Origin: Paracoccus sp. (in: a-proteobacteria)
Lineage (GTDB): Bacteria; Pseudomonadota; Alphaproteobacteria; Rhodobacterales; Rhodobacteraceae
Reading direction: 5' to 3'
NCBI RefSeq assembly: GCF_035556475.1
Contig: NZ_DATMFA010000022.1
Span: forward strand, 72 to 64,071
DNA: 64,000 nt
Part shown: positions 27,180-36,189 of the stretch, one piece after another
Layout of the letters: each line of letters starts with the position of its first letter
Position numbering within the stretch: position 1 is the stretch's first letter
Translations under genes and position numbers: made by a program
The notes under the pieces: generated by a model
Databases searched by the model: none
The model's input: only the letters and a program-made list of their open reading frames with translations
What the model was told of the DNA's origin: nothing

Positions 27180-28565
27180 TCAGACGACTGGGGCCGCCTC
27201 GTCCCTGACGGCGCGGGTATCCGGGGCGGGGGATGCCTTTTCGGATTGCCGGGCGGGTGACGCCCCATGTGGGAGGCCATACCGCTCGCGGATGGTTTCG
27301 CCCGGCTTGTAGTGCCGGCGATAGACTCCACGCGACTGGAGGATCGGCACGACCTGATCGACGAAGATGGCGGTGTCCTCGGGGCTGCGGGGTGGCTGCA
27401 CCGTGTAGCCGTCCACCGTTCCATCCGCCCAGAGGTCGATCAACTGGTCCGCAACCTCAGAAGGGGTGCCAAGGACGATGCGATGATGCCCGGCCGAGCG
27501 CCGGGCCGCCTGCCGGGGGGTCAGGTCTTCGTGCCGCAGCAATTCGACCATCCCCAGCAGGAATCCGAGCGCGCCGCCCTGCTCGGGGTCGGGCATCACG
27601 TCATCGGCGCTGAGGACGCGATCGAAGTCGACCTTGGCGGGATCCAGCCCGAACTGGCGCAGGAAGGCCGCGACCAGCTCATCTTCGTTGCGGACGCCGC
27701 TCAGGCGCTCATGCAGGCGCAAAGCGGCCTCGCGGGTCTCGGCGACGAAGGGCACGACGCCGGGCACCAGCAGGATACCCGCCGGATCGCGCCCGTATTC
27801 CGCAGCCTTGTCGAGCAGGCGCTTGCGGAAGGCGAGGCCGGCCTGCCGGGACAGGATATTGGCATAGATGATCTCTCCATGCCGCGCCGCGAAGTCGATC
27901 CCGCTGTCCGAGCCGCCGGCCTGCGCGATGACCGGATGGGTCTGTGGGCTGACCGGGACATTCAGCGGCCCCTTGGCGACGAAGTGATTTCCCGCGAAAT
28001 TCACCGGCTCAGCCTGCCAGCCGGACCAGAAGTTATCGGACGCGCCGGCATCCTTTCCCGGCTTCCAGCTTTGCCAGAGCTGTTTCACCAGATCGAGGAA
28101 TTCCTGCGCGCGCTCATAGCGCTGCTTGCGGGGCGGCAGAGGATCACTGCCGAAATTCGCGGCGACGTCGGGGTTGAAGGAGCTGACCATATTCACGATC
28201 AGCCGCCCCCCGCTCAGCACATCAACGCTCTGGCTGCTGCGGGCAAGGTTATAGGGCGTGTTGTAGGTCGTGGACATGGTCGCGACCAGCCCGATATCGG
28301 GAACCTGCGCCGCCAGATGCGTCAGCAGGATCAGCGGCTCGATCGTGTGAAAGGGGCGGGTGCCAGGGCCTGTGCGCAAGGCCGGATGATCCGAAAGAAA
28401 CAGCGCGTCGAAGCGCCCGCGATGCGCCAGCCGCGCGATCCCGAGGTAAAACTCCGGGTCGTTGACGTCGCGCATCCGGGCCGAGCCATGCGGCCATGCG
28501 CTTTCCAGATAGCCGGTGGTGTTCAGGCCGATATTCAGATGCAACTCGCGCGGGCGGTTCGACAT
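27180..28565 (-). CDS. NtaA/DmoA/DszA-family FMNH2-dependent monooxygenase
   Basis: FDALFLSD, EPLILL, IGLVATMSTTYNTPYNLAR, GPLNVP.SPQ.HPVIAQAGGS. Confidence 0.87.
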   Translation of the reverse strand: MSNRPRELHLNIGLNTTGYLESAWPHGSARMRDVNDPEFYLGIARLAHRGRFDALFLSDHPALRTGPGTRPFHTIEPLILLTHLAAQVPDIGLVATMSTTYNTPYNLARSSQSVDVLSGGRLIVNMVSSFNPDVAANFGSDPLPPRKQRYERAQEFLDLVKQLWQSWKPGKDAGASDNFWSGWQAEPVNFAGNHFVAKGPLNVPVSPQTHPVIAQAGGSDSGIDFAARHGEIIYANILSRQAGLAFRKRLLDKAAEYGRDPAGILLVPGVVPFVAETREAALRLHERLSGVRNEDELVAAFLRQFGLDPAKVDFDRVLSADDVMPDPEQGGALGFLLGMVELLRHEDLTPRQAARRSAGHHRIVLGTPSEVADQLIDLWADGTVDGYTVQPPRSPEDTAIFVDQVVPILQSRGVYRRHYKPGETIRERYGLPHGASPARQSEKASPAPDTRAVRDEAAPVV

Positions 28566-28589
28566 TCTGCTGTCCTTGTGATGATTTCG

Positions 28590-29015
28590 TCAGGCCGGGC
28601 GGAGCATGTTCAGCGCCAGACGGAGGTTCTGCGCCTCGGCCAGCGAGGGATTGCGGCGCATGACCAGACTGCTCCACGCCCGTGCATGTCTTCGGACCGC
28701 CTCGGGCGCGTCGGTCAGGATGACGGTGGGATAGGGCAGCGGCATCAGGGGCAGGCGGCTGCTGTCACCGGGACAGATCAGCACCGCGGCGTTGACGCAA
28801 AGCTCCAGATGCCGCGTGGTCAGGTTCAGCAGCGTCGGAACCCAATGGTTCGTGGCGATGATCGTGGCCCAGGGCAGGGCCTCAAGCAGACGACGCAAAG
28901 GCTCCTTGCGGGGGCGCGTGGGGTCGATGCCATGATCCAGCGGCGCCACGACCCTGTCGCCGGAAAGAAGCACCTGCGCTGCGTCTGCCGCATCAAGGCT
29001 GTGGAAATCAGGCAT
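28590..29015 (-). CDS. Short degenerate RBBP9/YdeN-like alpha/beta protein lacking the catalytic serine
   Basis: AAVLICPGD...LPYPTVIL...ARAWSS resembles the YdeN family, but AHSLG is replaced by ATNHW. Confidence 0.5.
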   Translation of the reverse strand: MPDFHSLDAADAAQVLLSGDRVVAPLDHGIDPTRPRKEPLRRLLEALPWATIIATNHWVPTLLNLTTRHLELCVNAAVLICPGDSSRLPLMPLPYPTVILTDAPEAVRRHARAWSSLVMRRNPSLAEAQNLRLALNMLRPA

Positions 29016-29198
29016 CGTCGTCTCGTAAAAATATGCAGGAAAACTATAGGCATTTGCTGGGCAGGTCTATTTCACAGATCGCGCCGTGACAGCATCCGGC
29101 TTCCCCATATGCGCCCATGAACAGAATGAATTGCCTTATTTTCCGGCTTCCCTACCCGATCCATAGAAGCTGCTGTCCGATCGCTGAGGGCGCGATTA

Positions 29199-29221
29199 AT
29201 GTATATTGCACAAGTAGATTT
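29199..29221. promoter_or_regulatory. Candidate Rrf2 operator 1
   Basis: ATGTATAT-N7-GTAGATTT, 18 nt upstream of the 29239 start. Confidence 0.65.
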
Positions 29222-29238
29222 ATCTTATGGGATGACCG

Positions 29239-30477
29239 ATGCAAAACCCCGTCCGCGCAAACCTGCATGTCGAGGCGAAGGCGCCCCGGCTGGACCAGAT
29301 CCTCGCCTCGCTGCCAGCGCTGGTGGATCGCATCAGGGCCGGTGCGGCGCAAAGGGACCGCGAGCGTATCCTGCCCTTCGAGGCGTTCGACTGGCTCCGG
29401 CAGGCGGGGATAGGAACGCTTCTGGTGCCGAGGGAGCGCGGCGGTCCGGGCGGCAAGCTTGCCGATTATATCGAGGTGATCCGTCAGCTTGGCGAGGGCG
29501 ACAGCAACGTGGCCCATGCGCTGCGCAGCCATTTCAACTTTGCGCAGGCCATCGTGCTGCGCTCGGTCGACCAGCCCGACGATCTGGCCTTTCAGCGATT
29601 GCTGTCCGGCGCGATCTTTGGCGGGGCGCATACCGAGAACCTGACCCGCCATCCCGGCGATATCGGCACCACCCTGACCCGGCAGGGCGATCACTACCGC
29701 CTGAATGGCCGCAAGCATTACGCGACCGGCACGGCATTTGCCGATTTCGCCTCGATCAGCGCGACGGATGAGCAGGGCGAGCTGGTCTTTGCCATGATCC
29801 CGACCGACCGCGAGGGGGTCGAGATTCTGGATGACTGGGACGGCATGGGCCAGCGGCTGACCGCCTCGGGCGGGATCGTCCTGCGTGACGTGCGGGTTGA
29901 GGTCGAGGAGATCGGCCAGCGCGACATCAACAGCTTCATCGGTCGCCACACCTCGACCATGCGGCAGCTGCATCTTGCGGCTTCAGCGGCCGGGGCGGTG
30001 GCGGCGGCGCTGCATGACGGGCGGGACTATGTGCTGAACCACGGGCGCGCGGCGACGCATAGCCATGCGGATTTCGCCCGCGACGACTTCTTCGTGCAGA
30101 AGGTGTTGGGCGATATTGCCGCGCTTTCCTATGGCGTCGATGCCGCGATCCGTGAGGCCGCGCGCGAGCAGGAGGCGGTGGCCGACGCGATCCTGTCCCG
30201 CGCCTCGGATGAGCAGGTCGAGCGGCTGCTGGTGCAGGCCTCGATCAACGGCGCAAGGGCGCAGCTTGTCTCGGGTCAGCTGGCGCTTGAGGCGGCGGGC
30301 CGGATCTTTGAGCTGGGCGGCGGCTCGGCGACCTCGCAGCGGTTCAACCTGGACCGGCATTGGCGCAATATCCGCACGGTCCTGAACCACAACCCGCTGA
30401 ACCACAAGGCGCGGGTCATCGGGGATTATCTGCTGAATGGCACCACGACCCACCTGCTGGAAGGCAAGGTGTTCTGA
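29239..30477 (+). CDS. DszC/SfnB-like flavin-dependent monooxygenase (ACAD fold)
   Basis: LNGRKHYATG, DDWDGMGQRLTASG, NLDRHWRNIRTVLNHNP; no TEP..GSD ACAD motif. Confidence 0.82.
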   Translation: MQNPVRANLHVEAKAPRLDQILASLPALVDRIRAGAAQRDRERILPFEAFDWLRQAGIGTLLVPRERGGPGGKLADYIEVIRQLGEGDSNVAHALRSHFNFAQAIVLRSVDQPDDLAFQRLLSGAIFGGAHTENLTRHPGDIGTTLTRQGDHYRLNGRKHYATGTAFADFASISATDEQGELVFAMIPTDREGVEILDDWDGMGQRLTASGGIVLRDVRVEVEEIGQRDINSFIGRHTSTMRQLHLAASAAGAVAAALHDGRDYVLNHGRAATHSHADFARDDFFVQKVLGDIAALSYGVDAAIREAAREQEAVADAILSRASDEQVERLLVQASINGARAQLVSGQLALEAAGRIFELGGGSATSQRFNLDRHWRNIRTVLNHNPLNHKARVIGDYLLNGTTTHLLEGKVF

Positions 30478-30481
30478 AAAG

Positions 30482-30506
30482 ACGGCCCGCCGGTCTGGCG
30501 GGCCGT
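30482..30506. terminator. Bidirectional hairpin terminator
   Basis: ACGGCCCGCC-ggtct-GGCGGGCCGT flanked by AAAA and TTT. Confidence 0.78.
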
Positions 30507-30513
30507 TTCCGTC

Positions 30514-31560
30514 TTAGCCGCGCGCGCGCAGGAATGCCGGTTCCTGCCCCGAGCCGCGGCTGACGCGACCCTCGATCGGGTGGCTCGGATCGTTGAAGCC
30601 ATGGGTCGAGGCATGGCCGGGCGTGACCAGCCCGTCGACCAGCGCCTCGTCCTCGGCGGTCAGCTTGGTGCCAAGCGCCTCGACATAGCCATCCCAATGC
30701 TCCTCGGTGCGCGGCCCCGCGATGGTCGAGGTGACGAGGCGGTTCTCCAGCACCCAGGCCAGCGCGAATTGCGTGGGCGTCAGGCCCCGCGCGCGGGCAT
30801 GTTCGGCGACCTGATGGGCGATCTGGACCGATTCAGGCCGCCATTCGGTTTCAAGGAGGCGCTTGTCACCGCGACCGGCACGGGTGTCCGCTGCCGGAGC
30901 CTCGCCGGGGACGTATTTCCCGGTCAGGACGCCACGTGCGAGGGGGGAATAGGTGACCGCACCCAGACCGAAGTAACTCGCGGCCGGCAGTTCCTCGCGT
31001 TCCGCCGCGCGGGTGACGATGTTGTAGAGCGGCTGGCTGGCGATGGGGCGGTCGATGCCCAGCTTGTCGGCAAGATGCGCCACCTCGGCGATGCGCCAGG
31101 CACGGAAGTTCGAGACGCCGAAATAGCGCAGCTTACCCTGCTGGATCAGGTCGCCGATGGCGCGCAGCGGCTCCTCCAGCGGGGCGTCGAAAATGGCGCG
31201 GTGGAAATACAGCAGGTCGATATAGTCGGTGTTCAGGCGCTTCAGCTGGCCCTCGACGTTCTGGATGATCCATTTGCGCGACTGCCCGCCAAGGTTCGGC
31301 CCAACGGTCTTGGAGTTGGTGAACTTGGTCGCCACGACCCAATGGTCGCGATGCTTGGCAATGCCCTTGCCCACGGTCGTTTCAGAGGCGCCATCGTGAT
31401 AGACGTCAGCGGTGTCGATGAAGTTGATGCCCTGTTCGCGGGCCTTGTCGATGATGCGGAAGGCCACATCGTCCGGGGTCGGGCCGCCGAACATCATCGT
31501 GCCGAGCGTGATGGGGGAAACTTTCAGGGCGCTGCGTCCCAGATAGCGATATTCGACCAT
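30514..31560 (-). CDS. Aldo/keto reductase
   Basis: YRYLGRSALKVSPITLGTMMFG, IDTADVY, VATKF, YFHR, YSPLARGVLTGKY; start trimmed to MVEY. Confidence 0.9.
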   Translation of the reverse strand: MVEYRYLGRSALKVSPITLGTMMFGGPTPDDVAFRIIDKAREQGINFIDTADVYHDGASETTVGKGIAKHRDHWVVATKFTNSKTVGPNLGGQSRKWIIQNVEGQLKRLNTDYIDLLYFHRAIFDAPLEEPLRAIGDLIQQGKLRYFGVSNFRAWRIAEVAHLADKLGIDRPIASQPLYNIVTRAAEREELPAASYFGLGAVTYSPLARGVLTGKYVPGEAPAADTRAGRGDKRLLETEWRPESVQIAHQVAEHARARGLTPTQFALAWVLENRLVTSTIAGPRTEEHWDGYVEALGTKLTAEDEALVDGLVTPGHASTHGFNDPSHPIEGRVSRGSGQEPAFLRARG

Positions 31561-31745
31561 GATGGTCTCCTGTCCTGGCCCCGAGGGGGCCTTGCTGCGT
31601 GCGTCCTTGCAGCGGTCGCGGGATAGCGAATCTGCTGCGAGAGTGGTGGTCCGCGACCGTTTTCTTTTCCCGGCGGCGGGCGAGATGGAAGAATTCCGGC
31701 GTTCTTGTTCCAAGGCGGCCCGAGCGTCCATTCTGGCGCGCCTAT

Positions 31746-31768
31746 TTGTTGACTAACTTTGTGTATAT
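31746..31768. promoter_or_regulatory. Candidate Rrf2 operator 2
   Basis: TTGTTGAC-N7-GTGTATAT between the divergent AKR and SBP genes. Confidence 0.6.
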
Positions 31769-31839
31769 TGTCAATAAATGTGGCTATCAGATGGCGCGCC
31801 AGAAGCCCGCATCGCAACCTGACAAGCGACGGTAATCAT

Positions 31840-33447
31840 ATGGAATACAGTGAAAATATCTCTCGCCGTGGCATATTGCTCGGCTCTGCCGCGCTGGCTG
31901 CCGGAATGGTTTTCCCCGTGGGTAAAATCCTTGCACAGCAGGGCAAATCCGGCGGCACTGCGGTCATCGCGATCAGCTCGGAGCCGCCGGTGATCTCGGC
32001 CCTTGGCCATACCGCCTATTATACGGTCCTCGTCTCGGCCAAGACGAACGAAGGGCTGCTGACCTATGATTTCGACCTGACGCCCAAGCCGCAGCTGGCG
32101 ACGGAATGGAAGATCAGCGATGACGGCCTGCGCTATGACTTCACCCTGCGGCAGGGGGTCAAATGGCATGACGGCCAGCCCTTCACCGCCAAGGATGTGG
32201 CCTTCTCGATCAATACGATCCGCGAGGTTCACCCGCGCGGCCGCAATACCTTTGCCAATCTCGACCGGATCGAGGTGCAGGACGACCATCACGTCAGCCT
32301 GATCCTGCGCGCCCCCGCGCCCTATCTGATCCGCGCCCTTGCCGCATCGGAAACGCCCATCGTCGCTGCCCATGTCTATGCCGAGGGCAAGCCGCTGGAA
32401 AATCCCGCGCAGAACGCGCCCATCGGCACCGGACCCTACCTTTTCCGCGAATGGGTGCGCGGCAGCCATATCGTCTATGATCGCAACCCGGATTACTGGG
32501 ACGCGCCGAAGCCCGCCATCGACCAACTGGTCATCCGCTTCTTGCCCGACGCCGCCGCACGCACCGCCGCGATCGAATCCGGCGAGGTGCATGTCGCGCC
32601 GGGCGAGCCCATCCCTCTGGCCGATCTGGCGCGGATCGAGCAGAACCCGGAGCTGGGGCTGGAATGGAACGGCTATCAATATGCGAACGGCGTCCGCCGG
32701 GTCGAGTTCAACCTCGACCGCCCGATCTTTCAGGACCGCCGGGTGCGCAAGGCATTCGCCCATGTGATCGACCCGCAGGTTCTGCTGAACCTCACGAATT
32801 ACGGCTATGGCGCGGTGCTGAACGGCCCGATCCACCCGGCGCTGAAGGATTATCACTTCGCCGACCTGCCCCTGCACGAGATCAGCCCCGAGAAGGCCGA
32901 GGCGCTGCTGGATGAGGCGGGCCATCCGCGCGGCGCGGACGGCACGCGCTTCAGCGTCGCCCTCGACTACGTTCCAGGCAACGAGGGCACGCGACGCGGC
33001 GCAGAATATATCCGGCAGGCGCTGCAACAGGTCGGGGTTGATGCGCAGATCCGCGCGCAGGATTTCGCGACCTATACCAAGCGCGTCTATACCGACCGCG
33101 ACTGGGATTTCCTGTATAACGGCATGTCGAACCTGTTCGACCCGCAAGTGGGTGTGCAGCGGCTTTATTGGTCGAAGAACTTCAAGCCCGGCATCCCGTT
33201 CAGCAATGGCGCCCATTACCAGAACGCCGAGGTCGATCGGCTGCTGGAATCCTCGGCCGTGCAGAACGACCATGAGGCCCGGCGTCAGGAATGGCGGCGC
33301 GTGCAGGAGATCCTGCATGAGGACGTGCCGTCGATCTATACCGTGACCAGCCCCGAACACACGGTTTTCAGCCGCAGGCTGGCCGGGCACACGCCCGACG
33401 GCACCGGCCTTTTCGGCAATGCCGCCGATCTGCATTTCGTCGCATGA
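31840..33447 (+). CDS. Family-5 ABC substrate-binding protein (Tat signal), paralog 1
   Basis: SRRGIL, LRQGVKWHDGQPFTAKDVAFS, IGTGPY, YWSKNFKPGIPFSNGAHY. Confidence 0.9.
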   Translation: MEYSENISRRGILLGSAALAAGMVFPVGKILAQQGKSGGTAVIAISSEPPVISALGHTAYYTVLVSAKTNEGLLTYDFDLTPKPQLATEWKISDDGLRYDFTLRQGVKWHDGQPFTAKDVAFSINTIREVHPRGRNTFANLDRIEVQDDHHVSLILRAPAPYLIRALAASETPIVAAHVYAEGKPLENPAQNAPIGTGPYLFREWVRGSHIVYDRNPDYWDAPKPAIDQLVIRFLPDAAARTAAIESGEVHVAPGEPIPLADLARIEQNPELGLEWNGYQYANGVRRVEFNLDRPIFQDRRVRKAFAHVIDPQVLLNLTNYGYGAVLNGPIHPALKDYHFADLPLHEISPEKAEALLDEAGHPRGADGTRFSVALDYVPGNEGTRRGAEYIRQALQQVGVDAQIRAQDFATYTKRVYTDRDWDFLYNGMSNLFDPQVGVQRLYWSKNFKPGIPFSNGAHYQNAEVDRLLESSAVQNDHEARRQEWRRVQEILHEDVPSIYTVTSPEHTVFSRRLAGHTPDGTGLFGNAADLHFVA

Positions 33448-33454
33448 GGTGAAC

Positions 33455-34474
33455 ATGGATACGCTTTGGTATACACGCTGCCCGGTTCCGACTCCGGTAG
33501 GGCTGGCTGTGCAGCTTGGCCTGCTGGATCGCGCCTTTGCGGCCAAGGGGGTCGAGCTTGCCTCGATCATCGACAGCAAGGACCGCAATATCCGGCAAAG
33601 CCATTTCAACCACACCCTGAAATGGTCGTTCCGCCTTGGCGGTAACGTGCCCCCGATCCGCGCCCGGTCCGAGGGGCGGAATACCCGGCTGATCGGCGTC
33701 ACCTGGACCGACGAGTATCAAGCGATCATCGCGCTGCCGGAAAGCGGCATCCGCAGCGCCTCGGATCTGGAAGGGCGCAGGCTGGGCGTCCCGAAACAAC
33801 CCGAGGGTGATGTTTTCGTCGTCGATTTCTGGCGGGCCAGTGCGCTCAAGGCCTTCGATTCCGCCCTGACCATCGCCGGTCTGGCGCGCAGCGAGGTCGA
33901 GCTGGTCGACATCGCCTTCTCGGAGAGCGTGCTGGATAGCCACGAGGCCGACCGCTTCGGCCTTGCCCGCCGCATCCCCTATGGCCCGGAAATCGCGGCG
34001 CTGTTCCGGGGCGAGGTCGATGCGATCTTCGTCAAGGGTGCCTCGGGGATTGCCGCCGCGAACCTTATCGCGGCGCAGGAGGCGGTGTCCTTCGGCTTCC
34101 ATGACGATCCCGCGATCCGCATAAATTCGGGGACGCCGCGCCTCCTGACCGTCGATGCGGCGCTGCTGGACGAACGGCCCGATCTGGCGGCGACCCTGAT
34201 CGGGACCATCCGGCAGGCGGGCGAATGGGCCGCCGCCCATCCCGACGACACCGCCCGCTTTGCCGCCCGTGAAACAGGCGCCAGCGAAGAGCAGATCCAT
34301 GTGGCCCACGGCCCGCGCTTTGCCCAGAGCTTCGGTCTGTCGCTGGAGCCCGAGGCCCTGGCCGCGGTGGAAAGCTACAAGGATTTCCTGCTGGCCGAGG
34401 GTTTCCTTGCCGCCGATTTCAGCATTGCGGATTGGGTGGACCGCCGCGCATGGGATCAGGCGCTGGCCGCCTGA
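33455..34474 (+). CDS. DszB-like arylsulfinate desulfinase homologue 1 (cytoplasmic)
   Basis: DTLWYTRCPVP, SHF, FRLGGNVPP align with DszB Cys27/His60/Arg70/Gly73; no signal peptide. Confidence 0.72.
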   Translation: MDTLWYTRCPVPTPVGLAVQLGLLDRAFAAKGVELASIIDSKDRNIRQSHFNHTLKWSFRLGGNVPPIRARSEGRNTRLIGVTWTDEYQAIIALPESGIRSASDLEGRRLGVPKQPEGDVFVVDFWRASALKAFDSALTIAGLARSEVELVDIAFSESVLDSHEADRFGLARRIPYGPEIAALFRGEVDAIFVKGASGIAAANLIAAQEAVSFGFHDDPAIRINSGTPRLLTVDAALLDERPDLAATLIGTIRQAGEWAAAHPDDTARFAARETGASEEQIHVAHGPRFAQSFGLSLEPEALAAVESYKDFLLAEGFLAADFSIADWVDRRAWDQALAA

Positions 34475-34917
34475 TCCTCGCCCGTAAGCGGACCGCTCAG
34501 CGGGACCGAGCTGCAAAGATCCTGCAGGGTGCGATGCTCCAGAATGGCCAGCATCGCATCGCGCACTTCCAGCATCAGCAAACGGATCTCGCAGGCGCTT
34601 TGCGTCGGGCAATCGTGGCATTTGCGATAGGCGGTCTTGCTGACGCAGGAAATCGGCGCGATCGGCCCGTCGATCACGCGCAGGATCTGGGCCACGCTGA
34701 TCGTGTCGGCCGGCCGGGCAAGGGAATACCCGCCCGAGCGGCCCTTGCGCGTCTGGATCAGACCAGCCTGACGCAAATCGGCAAGGATGGTGTCCAGAAA
34801 CTTCTTGGGAATGCCGTTCGCGTTGGCGATGGCAGTCGACTGCCGCACTTCGCCCGGATCAAGGCGCGCCAGCTCGATAAGCGCCTTGATGCCGTATTTC
34901 CCCTTCATGGTCAGCAT
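34456..34917 (-). CDS. Rrf2 family transcriptional regulator with a four-Cys C-terminal motif
   Basis: MLTMKGKYGIKAL, IPKKFLDTIL, GRSGGYSLARP, CVS..YRKCHDC....C. Confidence 0.9.
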   Translation of the reverse strand: MLTMKGKYGIKALIELARLDPGEVRQSTAIANANGIPKKFLDTILADLRQAGLIQTRKGRSGGYSLARPADTISVAQILRVIDGPIAPISCVSKTAYRKCHDCPTQSACEIRLLMLEVRDAMLAILEHRTLQDLCSSVPLSGPLTGEDQAASA

Positions 34918-34946
34918 GGATGATCCGCGTTTCGCAATGTTCCCCA

Positions 34947-34969
34947 TGCTCTACCATGATGGTGGATAT
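34947..34969. promoter_or_regulatory. Candidate Rrf2 operator 3 (autoregulatory position)
   Basis: TGCTCTAC-N7-GTGGATAT, 30 nt upstream of the rrf2 start. Confidence 0.65.
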
Positions 34970-34986
34970 TACGAAAGCCGGCTGGG

Positions 34987-36189
34987 CTATTGATGCGGCA
35001 AAGGCGGGGGCAGCTTGCCGCTGAGCGCATGCTCTCCGATCTGGGCATATTTCCACCAACTTGCGTCATGCAGGGTATGGACGCGCAGGTTGCGCCAGAG
35101 CCGGTCGAGGCCGAGCGTCCGGTTCGCCGCGCCGGCGCCGCCGAACTCGAAAAGGTCGCTGGCCATGCGCAGCGCAACCTCGCCGCCAAAGGTCTTGGCC
35201 TTGGCGATCTCCAGCGTCGCGCGGCCGATCGCCTCGGCATCGTCGCTGTCGATGACGGCATCCAGCCCACGCGCCCCGTCCTCTTGCAGCAGTTCCGCCG
35301 CCTTCTGGCGGGTTTCCCATTCACCGAAGCGGTAGAGAATATGGGTGTCGTCCAGATAGCTCGCATGGCCGTGGCCGATCGCCTCCGGGGCCAGCCTGCC
35401 GCGCGCCGCAATCAATTCGCGCGCGGCATCAAGCGCGGCGCGGCCCATGCCGATGTCGATGGCGGAATGAACCAGCATGAAGGTCGCCCAAAGCGGCAGG
35501 AAGGGCCCGGCGCCCTCGTGCTTGTGCAGGACGCGGTCGGCAGGCACGCGCACATTGTCGAAGGTGATCGACATGCTGGCCGTGCCCTTTTGCCCGAACA
35601 GATCCCAGTCATGGCCAAAGCTCAGCCCGGCCGCGTCGCGGGGCACGATGGCGAAGGTGAAGCGCTCCTCCTCGTCCGTGGCCGAGACGCGGATCCAGTC
35701 GCCGTTCCAGGCGCCGGTCGTATAGAATTTCTGGCCGCTGAGGACGTAATCGTCGCCGTCCCGAAGGATACGGACATTCGGCAGGCCCACGCCGCGCTGG
35801 CCGCGCTCGACCTGCGCGTTGCCAAAGACCGCGCCCTTCAGCATCAGGTCAAAGACCCATTGCCGCTGTTCGGGGCTGCCAAAGGTGCGCAAGGCGTCGA
35901 TGGTGCCGAAATGGGTCTGGGTTGTCTGGGCCAGCGCGCCATCGGCCTCGGCGACGATCTGGATCATGCGTGACAGCTCGGCATAGCCCAAGCCCGGCCC
36001 GCCATTCGCCTTCGGGATGGTCAGGGTCAGAAGGCCGGTCCGGCCCCAGGCGATGAATTCGCGCCTGAGGTCGTGGTTTTCGGCATCGCGACGCACGGCG
36101 TCCCTTGCCACCTCGGCGGCAAAGGCGCGCGCCGTTTCCAGATAGGTGTCGCGCGTCGGCAGCGGGATGATCGGGGCAAGATGGGTCAT
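34987..36189 (-). CDS. DszC/SfnB-like flavin-dependent monooxygenase
   Basis: LSGQKFYTTG, DWDLFGQKGTAS, GLDRLWRNLRVHTLHD. Confidence 0.82.
   Translation of the reverse strand: MTHLAPIIPLPTRDTYLETARAFAAEVARDAVRRDAENHDLRREFIAWGRTGLLTLTIPKANGGPGLGYAELSRMIQIVAEADGALAQTTQTHFGTIDALRTFGSPEQRQWVFDLMLKGAVFGNAQVERGQRGVGLPNVRILRDGDDYVLSGQKFYTTGAWNGDWIRVSATDEEERFTFAIVPRDAAGLSFGHDWDLFGQKGTASMSITFDNVRVPADRVLHKHEGAGPFLPLWATFMLVHSAIDIGMGRAALDAARELIAARGRLAPEAIGHGHASYLDDTHILYRFGEWETRQKAAELLQEDGARGLDAVIDSDDAEAIGRATLEIAKAKTFGGEVALRMASDLFEFGGAGAANRTLGLDRLWRNLRVHTLHDASWWKYAQIGEHALSGKLPPPLPHQ

Noticed and set aside
27267-29120. 617-aa plus-strand ORF, and similar long antisense ORFs (6202-7995, 10531-12291, 31771-33702, 45032-47440)
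   Set aside because: Each lies antisense to a gene with clear family motifs and shows no motifs itself; long shadow ORFs are expected in high-GC coding DNA
29239-30477. Reading the ACAD-fold genes at 29239, 34987 and 47672 as acyl-CoA dehydrogenases
   Set aside because: They lack TEPxxGSD and the QFG/GGxG motifs seen in the true ACADs in this window, and carry DDWDGxGQ and DRHWRN DszC/SfnB signatures
31792-31806. GG-N10-GC spacing (TGGCGCGCCAGAAGC) as a sigma54 promoter
   Set aside because: The -12 element lacks TTGC, no bEBP activator is nearby, and such spacing occurs often by chance at this GC content
33455-34474. Annotation as an SsuA/TauA-type periplasmic binding protein
   Set aside because: No signal peptide, no cognate SsuBC-type permease, and the DszB catalytic residues are conserved
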